Assembly: GCF_036321535.1 (NCBI RefSeq) | Contig: NC_087437.1 | Span: forward strand, 69,070,001-69,134,000 | Direction: 5' to 3' | Length of the DNA: 64,000 nt | DNA from: Camelus dromedarius | Lineage: Eukaryota | Shown: piece by piece, positions 37,845 to 51,000 of the stretch | Layout: each line of letters opens with the position of its first letter | Numbering within the stretch: position 1 is the first letter of the stretch | Notes under the pieces: model-generated | Told to the model about the DNA's origin: nothing | The model's database searches: none | What the model saw: the letters and a program-made list of their open reading frames with translations, nothing else | Position numbers and translations under genes: made by a program

Positions 37845-40800
37845 ACTTGATTAAGATGGCAGAGTAGGAGGATGTGGAATTCACCTCCCCCAACAAACAC
37901 ATCAAAAATACATCTACACATGAAACAACTCTCATGAAAAACTAACTGAAAATTGGCAGAAGAGCTCCTATACAACCAAAGCTGCAAGAAAGATCTCCAT
38001 GTAACTGAGTAGGACAGAAAAAAGGCCTAGCATCAAAACCAGCCCTCACACCAAAGACACTGGACACACAGTCTACATAGTGACAATTCTATATAGAACA
38101 CTTCTTAAAGACCACGGTAAATAATTGTTTCTCGTAAATTCATAAAGACAGATAAAGAAAAGTGAAAATGCAGAGAAACTATTCCTAATTAAAAGACCAA
38201 GAGAAATCCCCTGAAAGAACAGATGATGAAATAGAGCTCAGCAGCCTAACAGACCCTAAGTTCAAAAAGGTAGTAATAAAAAGGCCAACTGAATTAGGAA
38301 CAATTATTAATGGAAATGCAGATGACTGTAACAAGGAAGTAGAAAATATAAACTTAACCAATCAAAAACATAATTCAACTACTGAGATAAAAAGCAAACT
38401 AGAAGCAACACATAGCTGATGAAATGACACAGCATAATGAGTAAGTGATCTGGAAAATAGAATAATGGAAATCACCCAATCAGAACAGGAGACAGAAAGA
38501 CTGAAAAAAAAAAAGAAGCAACATATGAGATCTATAAGAAAATATAAAATGTGCCAACCTATATATAATAGGGATTCCAGAAAAAATCAGAAGGAGATAG
38601 AAAATGTATTTGAAGAATTTATGGCTGAAAACTTCCCAAACCTAAAAAAGGAAACAGATATCCAGATACAGGAAGCACAGAGGGTCCCAAACATGATGAT
38701 CCCAAGAGACATACCCCAAGACATATCACAATAAAAATGGCAAAAGTGAAAGGCAGAATTCCAAAGGCAGCAGGAGCAAAACAAAGAGCTATGTACAAGG
38801 GAACCCCCAGAAGACTATCAGTTGCTTTCTCTGCAGAACTTTGTAGGCCAGAGGGAATGAGTGGCATATCATAGTTAAAGTTCTGAAAAGGAAAAAGCTG
38901 TAACCTAGGATATTCTACCCAGCAAGATTATCATTAAGAATAAAAGGAGAAATAAAGAATTTCTCAGACAAGAAAAACTAAAAGAATTCAGCAGTATTAA
39001 ATCTACCCTAGAAGAAACATTGAAAGGTCTTCTCTAAATAGAAAAGAAGCAAGTATCTATGGGAAAGAAAAACATCACAATAGAAAAGGCTTATATATAG
39101 TAAGGATTGAAGATCACTTTTACAAAGTCAGTACATAGATTAAAAACAATCAAAAGAAACTAATCAAAAGAAATCATAAAAGTGATAACTAAAATAAACA
39201 GTAAAAGGATAAGCATTAATATATAAAATAGGACAGCAAAATCGCAAAATGTAGGTGAGTGTGAGTATGAAAATGGAGATCTTTTAGAATGTGTTTGAAC
39301 TTGAATGACCATCAGTTTAAAGCAAATAAATATAGTATAGACATACTTGAACTACATACTAACCACAAATCAAAACCACACAATAGATTCAAAAAACAAA
39401 AAAGAAAGGAACTTAAGCAGACTACAAAAAAATCGTCAAACCACAACAAAAACAAAAGGAGAAACAAACAAAAATGAAAATGGAAAACAAGAGTTAAAGT
39501 ACAGTAAGTACATACTTCTCAATGACTACTTATAGTCAAGAGACTAAGTGCTCTGATCAAAAGATAGAGTGGCAGATAGGATAAAAACAAACAACCCCCA
39601 CAAGAACCTCAATATTCTGCCCATAAGAGACTAAGTTGAGGATGAAAGGCACACACAGACTGAAGGTGAAAAGAAGAAAAAGATATTTCATGCAAATAGA
39701 AACAACAGAAAGCCCGGGTAGAAACACTCTTATCAGACAAAACAGACTTTAAAACAAAAGTCATGAAGAGGGGAAAAGGTCATTATGTAATGATAAAAGT
39801 ATCAATACAAGAAGTTATTATTCTTGTTAATATATACATATCCAATATAGGAGAATCTAAAGATATAAAACTAATAGCAGACATGAACAGTGAAAGTGAT
39901 AATACAACAATAGTAGGATAATTTAAAACCCCACTGACATCAATTGACAGATCATCCAGATGGAAATTCAGTAAGGCAATAGTGATCCTAAATGAAACAA
40001 TATGCCAGTTGTATTTAACTGATATCTACAGGATACTACATCCAAAAAACCCCAGAATATATATTTTTAAGCAAGTGTGGAACTTCCTCTAAGATAGGCC
40101 AAATACTAGGTAACAAAACAAATCTGAGGATAGAAATTACTTCAAGCATCTTTTCTGACCACAATGGTGTGAAACTAGAAACTAACTACAGAAAGAAAAA
40201 GGGGAAAAGACTGAACAGGTGAAGAATATACAGCATGCTACTAAAAGCCAAGGGGTGAACACTGAAATCAAAGGATATATCAGAAAATACATCAATACAA
40301 GTGAAAATGAAAACACATCTCTACAAAATTTGTAGAATGCAACAAAAGCAGTTCTAAGGGGGCAGTTCCTAGCAATACAGACCTTCCTCAAGAAACTAGA
40401 ATAATCTCAACTGAACAACCTAGCCTACCACCTAAAAGAATTAGAAAAAGAACAAAGACCAAAGTTAGCAAAAGAAAAAAGAAAAAAGAAATAATGATTA
40501 GAGAATAAACACATAAAATAAAAAAATTTTTTAAATCATTATATTTAAGAGCTGTTTATTGAAAAGATAAAATTTACAAACCTCTAGCCAGGTTCTCCGA
40601 AAAGAAAAGAGAGAGAAGCCAAATAAACAAAATAAGAAATGAAAGAGGAAAAAATATCAACCAATATACCACAGAGATACAAAAAAATCATTAGAGAATA
40701 ATACTGTGAACAGTTTTATGCCAACAAACTGGACAACCTAGAAGAAACAGACAAGTTTCTAGAAACATACAGCCTGCCAAAACTGAGTCAAGAAGAAACA

Positions 40801-43612
40801 AATAATTTGAACAGACTGACCACTAGGTGAAATAGAATCTGTAACAACAACAACAACAACAACTCCTTGCAAACAAAAATCTAGGAAAACTCCCTGGAAA
40901 CTAAAGTCTAGGACAAGACAGCTTCACTGGGTAATTCTACCAAACATAAAGGAGAACTTATACCCATCCTTCTCAAACTACTCCAAAATATTAAAAAGGA
41001 GGGAATACTCCCAAATTCATTCTATAAGGCCACCATTACCCTGACACCAAAATCAGACATAGACACATTCTGAAAGGAAAATTCAGACCAATATATTTGA
41101 TCACTACAGATGCAAAAATCATCAACAAAATATTAGCAAACTGAATCAAACAGTACAAAAAAAGGATCATATACCATGATCAAGTTGGATTCATTCCAGG
41201 GTCACCAGGATAGTTCAATATACAAAAAAAACCCAAAAACAAACAAAAAACTATCAATGTGATATACCACACAAACAAAAAGAAAGACAAAAACCACACG
41301 ATCACTTCAATAGATGAAGAAAAAAACATTTGATGAAATTTCAACATCTATTCATGAGAAAAACTCTCACCAAAGTGGGTACAGAGGGAACATATCTCAA
41401 CATGATAAAGGCCATTTATGACAAACACACAACCAACACAAAATTCAACAGTGAAAAGCTGAAAGTCTTCTTGCTAAATCAGGAATAAGACAAGGATGCC
41501 CACTCTGACCATTTCTATTCAACATAGTTTTGGATGTCTTAGCCACCACAATCATACAAGAAGAAATGAAAGGTATTCAGACTGGAAAGGAAGAGGTTAA
41601 ACTGTCACTGTTTGCAGAGAACATAATACTGTATACAGAGAACCCTGACGTTTACACACAAAAGCATCAGAATAAATGAATTCTGCAAGGTAGCAGGATA
41701 CAAGATTTATGTATAGAAATGTGTTACATTTCTTTATAATAACAATGAAATATCAAAAATAGAAAGTAAACAAAGTTTAAATTTGTGTCAGAAAAAATAA
41801 AATACCTAAGAATAAATTTAACCAAATATGTGAAAAACCTATACTATATAACTATAGAAACATTGATAAAGGAAATTGAAGATGATTTCAAAAACAATAG
41901 GAAGATATCCTGTGCTCTTGGAGTGGAGGTAATATTGTTTAAAAAGCCATACCACCCAAAGAAATCTACAGATTTAATGAAATCCCTATCAAAATGCCCA
42001 TGACATTTTTCACAGAACCACAGTAATCCTAAAATTTATAGGAAACCACAAAAGAACAAGAATTGCCAATGAAATCCTGAGATAAAAAAACAAAGCTGGA
42101 GGTATAACCCTCCCAGATCTCATACTATACTACAAAGTACAGTAATCAAAGCAGCATGGTATTGACACAAAAACAGACATATAGGTTAATGGAAAAGAAT
42201 AGAGAGCCCAGAATTAAACCCATGCACCTATGGTCAATTAACCTACAGCAAAGTGGTTAATAATATACAATTGCAAAAAGACAGTCTCTAAAACAAATGT
42301 TGGGAAAGCTGGACAGCTTCATGTAAATAAAATTAGTACATTCCTTCACATTATATACAAAGGTAGACGCAAAATGGGTAAAAGACTTAAATGTAAGACA
42401 CAACACCATAAAACTCCTAGAAGAGAAAATAGGCACACCATTCTTTGTCATAAATCGTAACAATATTTTCTTATCTCCCAAGGCAAAATAAATAAAAGCA
42501 AAAATAAACAAATGGGCTCTAATCAAACTTAAAATATTTTTCATATGAAAGGAAATCATCAACAAAATGAAAAGACAACATACTGAATGGGAGAAAGTAT
42601 TTACAAATGATGCGACCAACGAAGGGTTAATATCCAAAATATACAACAGCTCATACAACCCAATACCAAAAACTCAAAACAACCCAATCCAAAAATAGAG
42701 GATCTGAATAGATATTTTTCCAAAGAAGGCATGCAGATGGCCAAGAGGCACGTGAAAAGATGCTCGATGTTGATAATTTTTAGAGAAATGCATATCAAAA
42801 CCACAACGAGGTATCACTTTAGAATGGCTATCATCAAAAAGTCTACAAATAATAAATGCTGGCGAGGGTGTGGAGAAAAAGGAATTTGTATACACTTTTG
42901 ATAGGAATGTAAATTAGTGCAGCCACTATGGAAAACAACATGGAGTTTCCTTAAAAAAATAAAACTAGAGCTACCAGATAACCCAGCAACCCCACTCTTG
43001 GGTATATATCCAAAAAAGACAAGAACTCTAATTTTGAAAAGATATATCCACCTCAATGTTCACAGCAGTGCTACTTATAATAGCCAAGACCTAGAAATAG
43101 TCCAGTGCCCATCAACAGATAATTGGCTTTAAATGTGGTATAGATAGACAGATATACACAGTGGAATATTACTCAGTCATAATGAAAGAATGAAATATTT
43201 CCATTTGTAGCATCATGGATGAACCCAAAGAATATTATGCTCAGTAAAGACAGACAGACAGAGAAAGACAAATACTAAATAACATCACATATGCAGAATC
43301 TAAAAAATACTTTAAAAATGAATCTATATAGCAAACAGAAAGAGTCTCACAGATACAGAATACAAATTTAGGATTACCAGAGGGGAGAGGGAGGGAAGGA
43401 TGGACAAATTACAAGCATGGAATTAATAGATATAAACTACTATACATAAAATAGATAAGTAAAAGCATTTACTGTATAGCACAGGGACTTATGTCTAATA
43501 ACTTGTAATAACCAATAATGGAATATATTCTGAAAAAAAAACTAAACTAAATCACTGCTATACACCTGAAAATAATGCTAAATTTAAATCAGCTATACTT
43601 CAGTTTTTAAAA
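37845..43612 (+). mobile_element. Older near-full-length L1 with ~1-kb 5'UTR deletion; ORF1 ~38162-39037 and ORF2 ~39500-43303, both degraded
   Basis: Start aagatggcagagtaggag. ORF1 motif MAENFPNLKKETDIQIQEAQRVPN; ORF2 C-terminus [33 protein letters not shown]; 3'UTR. Confidence 0.95.
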
Positions 43613-44379
43613 AATGAAGTTTTGCTGAATCTTATATATGGTAAATAAGGTAGCAAAATATATAGTAATATTTAGAGAGACACTCTTACAAATGTCCCAA
43701 ATAGATAATCATAAGCTTCTTGAGGGCATGAAACTAATATATTCATTCTTCTGATTTGCTGAATTAGTGAACTAAGTTCAGTACTTACTAAGAATGCAAT
43801 AAATGCTAACAGTCAACTGATGGAAATCTTTTAGATCATTAAGTCTTAGCAGTTGAACAACCAAGTAAAAAAGTATTAAATCAAGTATATTGTAAATGTT
43901 GATAAACACTCACTCATTCCCCTTTCCACCACTGATTATTTTCTCTTACGATTAAACAGGAAAGGCAATCATTGACTTTACTAATCTTAATGATACAAAA
44001 CTAGAGAAACTGAGAAATCCTACATTTGCCTCCATATACCATTATAGGTGAATTAAATTGTGGAGCAAGAAAAATTTAACATGAAAAGATAAAAATATGA
44101 AATATATTTAAAATTATAATAAGCATTGACTAAAGAATAGGAAAGTTCTATCTGGTCACTAGTCTAATATATCTCATTGCACTATAACATGATCTGTATT
44201 GTGTACATTGCACAGACACGCAAAGTTAGATCACTAGAGCAATATGAGAAATAGAAGGCATATTTGCATACAATAGTTTTAAGGCATCTGTTTTCATAGT
44301 TCTTAATTTTACAAGAGAAAAATGAACACAGATTTTTGTTTTCTGGAGGGTCTCCCACTCAGTTTACTTCCAAGTTTCA

Positions 44380-45130
44380 ATTAAATTTTTAATAACTACT
44401 GGGTGTCAGACACCATGTCTTACACACAATTGGAGATTACAAAGATCCATTCATTCATTAAATAAATGTCTGTTAAGTATCTCTCGTGTAATTTGCCAAG
44501 GTCAAATGAGAAATTAAAATTACTGCTCTCAAGTCAGTTGTAAACCAGTTAAAGAAATAGAACAAATGCAGTAAGAACTGTTGTACAAGGCAACTTGTGA
44601 TAAGCATTATTCAAATAACATTATCAACATTATAATCCATAAAGTTAAAAAAAAAAAACAGAAAGAAATCATCTCTAGCTGTAGGGTTGAGAAGCAGTCC
44701 TAGAGGAGATGGCACTGAAGTGAGTTTTAAAGTATATGTTTAACAGATACAGATGTATGGAATAGAAACTGGAATTCCAGGCAAAAGGAATGGCGTAAGT
44801 GGGGACATGAACTTGGAGAATGGGAATGTGCATTAATGGAACCAAGTGGCAAAGGTGAAACTGTATTAATGAATAGCTTCGTATGCAGGGAAAGGGTACA
44901 GGTGAGGTAAGACTTAAAACTGAGAAAAGTGAAGGTAGATTAGGAGGACCTTGAACGGCAGGTTTAGGTACTTCCAGAGACAATGAAAGCTATGGAAGAT
45001 TTTTAAGCAAGGGATTTAATTTCATAGATTAATTGGGCAGCATTTGGTAGGAAAGAGAATAGGGGAAAGATGTGTGATGCAGAGCTAATAAGATCAGGCC
45101 AGCACAGTGGAGAGACTAAGACAAGAGAAA
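44380..45130 (-). mobile_element. L2 LINE fragment
   Basis: cattcattcattaaataaatgtctgttaagtatct...gaagcagtcctagaggagatggcactgaagtgagttttaaag...ggaattccaggcaaaaggaa. Confidence 0.8.
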
Positions 45131-45477
45131 GGCACTTTAAAAAGGATTTAGTTCGAGTAAGTGGCTCTGAGAACTTACATTTCATCCGTTTTTATATTCA
45201 TTTAAATGTGCTGGCAGTTGCAAGGAGAGGTAAAGAAAATGTGGCAAGAGAACCCACGAAAGAAAAAGAATTTATCCAAGGATGGTAGGTAGGGAATTTT
45301 TCACGTGGCTGAAACATATTTTGCAAAAAAGACATTAATTTTTCTAAATTTTAAAGTGGTTTTTAATATGTTTGTTGAATTTAATACTGCTGTGTATATA
45401 TAATATGCATATATACACATATAATTTGGGACTCTAATTAATTTGCCTATACTACAAAAAAAATTTTATACAGTTAA

Positions 45478-45836
45478 TGTCTTAGTTCAGGCTGCTATTA
45501 TACACTGAGTGGTTTATAAACCGCAGAAATGTATTTCTCACAGTTCTGGAGACCACAGTGCTAGATTAGGGTGCTCGAATGGTTGGGTTCTGGTGAGAGC
45601 CAGAGAACCCTCTTCTGGGTTGCATACTGCCACCTTCTCATTGTATTCTCACATGGCAAAAAGGTGAGCGGTGTGGAGCCCCTTTGATGAAGGCACTAAG
45701 CCCATTCATGAGGGCTCATGACCCTTATGACCTAATTACCTCCCAAAGGCCCTACTTCCTAATACCTTCATATTAGAGGTTAGGTTTCAACATATGAATT
45801 TGGGGGTGGGGAGACACAAACATTCAGTCCATAACA
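45478..45836 (-). mobile_element. MaLR solo LTR (MLT1A-like)
   Basis: TG...CA ends; tgtcttagttcaggctgcta...atttctcacagttctggag...acctaattacctcccaaaggccc...acacaaacattcagtccataaca. Confidence 0.9.
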
Positions 45837-47479
45837 GTGTTGAGTAAGATAAAGAAGTACTTGTTTTCTATACTTGTGTTTAGTTAATATCTATTATCTA
45901 CTGCATATTATGATGGTGGTGGTTTGATCATTAATTTAAATAAGTGATGATTGAAAGTATATAGATCTGTGTTTGTTTACAGAAGTGTTAGACTTCTATC
46001 AATCAACACTGGTTGTGTGCCATGCATTAGTTCTTCAATAAAGACTGCACAAATCTAGCTTAAGTTGTTCTACTAATTACAAATTTTACAGTCCTAATAA
46101 ATCTCTCCTCTTTGGAGTTTTATCCTTCTTGAATGCATCTTCTTAAACACAATCAGTTCATCTGAAGCACATTTTAATGTATAATATAAAGAGAAAGTGA
46201 CAGTCTATGATGCTTAGATACCAACTGCAGAAAAATGGGGGTTGCTTCTTTTTCCTGGTGCCTTGCTCTCAACAGTGTTTTCCTTCCCAGTGACTTGTCA
46301 CCCTTCTTTTGAGTGCCTTCTAGTTGTTTTCAGTTAAGTTTTAGAAATGTTCAGACATCTCCCTTCCTTGATTCTTTGTACTCTGCTCAGGTTAAATGTC
46401 CCTTCCTTCCCATGGATACTACCATATCTGACTTTTACGGGCCCATTGATCCCACTATAGATCCTAAATAGTGTGTGGGAAAATAGTTTCTTAGCATTTA
46501 ACTAAAATATGACTAGGCTTTACCTGAATAGAAAAGTAAGTTTAAATGAAAACAATATATAATGGCAATGAGTAGATATAAAGAACAAAGATTTCAGATC
46601 TGAATGATTAGCTAAAAATAGACTTGGCCTGGTTGAGAAAGTTGTTTTTTCCCTTATCTCAACTATACAAGAACTTAAGGTAGAAGATTACACAGTTGAC
46701 TGAGACCCTCAAACAGCTACCACAAGGTTAATTCGGTTTAACAAGAAGGATTTTGCTCTTCAGCCTCACTCATAACCTAGATTACATTTTCATCTATAGG
46801 CAGGGACTCCAGGGTTATCTCTTTCACTCTAGGTTAGGTGGAAGTGCATGAGTTTTGCCTGGCCTTGACCTTACTGATCTTTATTTTCTTAACACCAAAC
46901 TATCAGCTCTCCTTTGGTTCTCTATACTTAGAAGCCCTGGCTCATTGCCCTTTTTCCTATTTAATTTACCTGACCTGCTGGAGGGACTAGTTCTACTCTA
47001 TGGGTTAGCCAGGGGTATTTATTTCTATTTCATCTGTAATAGTTCTGTTTCCTTCATGATGGATCAAATTTCCTTCCCTGGGGGTAAGTCAGCCTCACAT
47101 CATCATCCTATATTACCACTCCCACTCCCATTATCAAGTTCCTATCCAGTGCAAGAATTTGACTCCTATGAAGCAGATGCTCAGTCACATACATAAGTAA
47201 CATGGCATGCCTGCCCTCAAGGTGCTTACATTTGTGTGGGAGGAATCACTGTATATTTATAATTATTAGTTTATTATCTTTCTATCATGTTTTAGTGTCC
47301 TATCTGAATAGCCCCTATGTCTTTGTTCACTTGCAAAACAGAGATGATTGATATTTTCCAATTAATCATTAGGTTATTCTTGGCTCAGGTTACCAGCTCC
47401 TAATACTAACCTGGTTCTCTGTGCTGAACCTGCCCTTAATTATCTCTAGTGGTATGACTGTCCAGCATCCCACAACCAT

Positions 47480-47518
47480 ATATGTATGTATATGTATATA
47501 TATATACACACACACACA
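47480..47518. repeat. Compound (TA/TG)n(CA)n microsatellite
   Basis: atatgtatgtatatgtatatatatatacacacacacaca. Confidence 0.85.
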
Positions 47519-48099
47519 GTATTGAAATTACTTTATACTTGAACTCTAGGTCCTATAGAAATAATGAGAATAAATTTTTTTCATGGAAAGAAGAATCATA
47601 AAATGGAGAATCATAAGAACCACTGTGCAAATTTAATATGCTTATATCTTAAATATTAGCCACCTTTGCAGGTAAGAGGGAAAATGTCATAATATGAAAC
47701 TGAACCAATAATAAAAAGACATTGCTATTACTGATAGTTCTTAAATAGTGTTTGCTTTCTACTATAGTCAAAAACTGTATTATTATCCATCAAAACAGTC
47801 TTAAAAATACGAAGTTTTATTTTTGATTTGTCATTTCTAGCCCAGAGGTTTATAGTCCTTTGTCCCATCCTTTCAAGGACTGCTTTTACTTTCTATTTTA
47901 ATCTAAGTACTATATTTCCATTCTGTACATATGCTGAGAGCCCAAAAGACACCAACACCTGTTATGCAAATCAAACAAAAATGTACAGGGTGGACTCCAA
48001 AAGAACATGGAGCTGCAACACTTCCAATGCCTGTTTCTATGGGCAAACTTGAGGTCTTTTTTATAGACACACAGCACACTATCAAAAATATTTATTCCT

Positions 48100-51000
48100 G
48101 GATTACTGCACAATATCGTGGAGTAGAAAGACCCTGAACTTACCTCCTCTCACAGGCACACCAAAATCATAATTATTTCCAGAACACCCATCAATAAAGA
48201 AGACCAAATCCTATGAGAAAAGATCTCCTACAAATTAAGATATAAAGAAGGAACCACAATGAGATGGGTAAGAGGAGGGGTATTGTGATATACTCAAATC
48301 CCATACCCCTAGGTGGGTGAGTCACAAACAGGAGAATAACTGAAACTGCAGAGGCTCTCCCACAGGGGTGAGAGGTCTGAGCCCCGGCATTATTATTCCC
48401 AGCCCAGGGGTCCTGACCTACAAAACAAGCTATCAGAGCATTTGGCTTTGAAGGCCAGCGGGACTTACTTTTGGGAGTCCTAGATGGTTGAGGGAAATAG
48501 AGACTTCACTCTTAAAGGCTGCACACAAAACCTTACATCCTCTGTAACCCAGGGCAGTGGCAGTAATTTGATAGGTACCTAGGTTAGACCTACCTGCTGA
48601 TCTTAGCATCTCCCCGAGAGGCAGGAGACAACCCCAGCTCACCCTGGGGACACAGATACTGGTGGAAGCCATTTTGTGGAGCTCGTTCTACCACATGGAC
48701 ACTGGTGCTGGCAAGCACCATTTTGGAATCCTCCCTCTAGCTTATTAATTCCAGAGCCCAGCCCCATCCTGGGGCTAGGGCAGGGAAGCCTCAGGCCAAG
48801 CAACTAACTGGGCATGAAAACAGCCCAAACAACCAGCAGACAGGCTGTTTTAAGACCCCTGAGCCCACAGCCACCTCTGGAAATGGCCTTGCTCACCAGA
48901 GCATCCAGGACCCAGCCCCACGTGTCAGTGCACAGGCACTAGACATGATACAGCCAGAGACCACAGGACCCAACTCTATCTGCCACTGGGCATGTACCAG
49001 CCCCAGAATCCACAGAACTCCAGCCCCATCCACCAGTGAGTCTGCTCTAGCTTTGGGCCCAGCTCCACCTACCAGCGGGCCAACAACAAGAAAACTGTAG
49101 TCTTGAATTCTACAGATCCAGCCTGACCCACCAGCAAGCCAGACTTTGCCTTGGCACATGCTAGGCTCAGGATCTACCCACTAACAGGCCAATACAAGCT
49201 TCAGGACACCCGGGGCCCAACAGTAAACTGTCAGGAACCAACCTCACTCACTACTGCTCTGAGATCTGCTCTGGGACACTTGAGCCTGCAACCAGACCCC
49301 AGGACACAACTCTGCCTGCTCTAGGCTAGCACTAGCCTGTAGACCTGCTTTCACTCCACCAGTGGGCAGGCAACAGGCCTGGGGTCTCCTGGACACAGAC
49401 TCTACCTACTAGTAATCCTGAACTAGCCTCAGAGTTCCACAGTCAGCCACCTTGTTACCCAGTCCCACCAACCAGTGGCTGACAAACTTCATACAAGGCA
49501 GGACCTGGCAACCAAATAGACTGGGGCCACCCAAGCCTACCAGACTACACATATAGTCAGCCCATCACAACAGAAAGACCCACATAGCCCTCATAGGTGG
49601 AACTCCTACTGTATATAGCTCTAGTGAAGATAGAGGAGTGCACTTCTGGGACACATAGGTTGTCTCTTAAAAAAGACCATTTCCTCAAGATCGGTAAGCA
49701 TAACCAATCCACCAGATATATAAAAGTAAAAACAGGAAGTTCAGCAAAGTGAAATGTAAAACAAACATGTTTCAATTGAAGGAACAAGATAAAACCACAG
49801 AAGAAGAATGAAGTGAAGTGGAGAGTCAATCTACCTGAGAAAGAGTTCAGGGTAATGATCATAAAGATGACCAAATAAATCAGGAGAAGGATACACAAAG
49901 AGAGAAGTTAGAAGCTTTTAACTTTTTGTAATAAAGTTATAAAATATAAAGAACAACCAAACAGAGATAAAGAATACTATAACTAAATGAAAAATATACT
50001 AGAAGGAATCAACACTACACTAAATGATACAAAAGAATGGATCAGTGAGCTGGAAGACAGAGTAGCAGAAATCACTAATGATGAACAACAACAAAAAATA
50101 ATGAAAAGTAAAGAGGACACTTTAAGAGACCTCTGGGACAACATCAAGCACACTAACATTAACATTATCAGGGCCCCAAAAGGAGAAGAGAGAGATAAAG
50201 GGGCAGAGAACATAACTGAAGACATATTAGCTGAAAACTTCCCTAACGTGGGAAAAGAAACAAACATCCAAGTTCAGGAAGCACAGAGAGATAGATCCAA
50301 ACAGGATCAATCCAAAGAGGAACACACCAAGACACATGGTAATTAAGATGACAAAAATTAAAGATAAAGAGAGAATATTAAAAGCAACAATGGAAAAGCA
50401 ACATGATACCTACAAGGAAACTCCCAGAAGAAAATCAGCTACCTTTTTAGCAGAAATTTTGCAGGCCAGAAGGGAGTGGCACCACATATTTAAAATGATA
50501 AAACTGAAAAATCTACAATCTACAATACTCTACCCAGCAAGGCTCTCATTCAGATCTGATGGTGAGATCAAAAGCTTCAGAGAGACACAAAAGCTAAGAG
50601 TTCAGCACCACTAAACCACCTTTACAAGAAATGTTAAAGGAACTTCTCTAAGCAAAAAAGAAGAGGATACAAGGAGAGATAAGAAAATAATGAAAGGAAA
50701 AAGGTCATTGGTAAAGGCAAACATATAATAAGGTAGGAAAACATCCACTCACAAAGCTGGTAGGAAGGTTAAAAGACAAAAATAGTAAAATCAAGTATAT
50801 CCACAATAAGTAGTTAAGGCATACACAAAACATTTTGATGTAAAATAAGATATCAAAAACAATAATCATGAGAAGAGGAGAGTATAAATGCAGGGCTGTT
50901 AAAATGCATTTGAAATTAAGAAATCAACTTAAAACAGTAACACACAAACACTCCTCACTGTAAGCATAAACCATTAATCTATAACAGATATATACCACAC

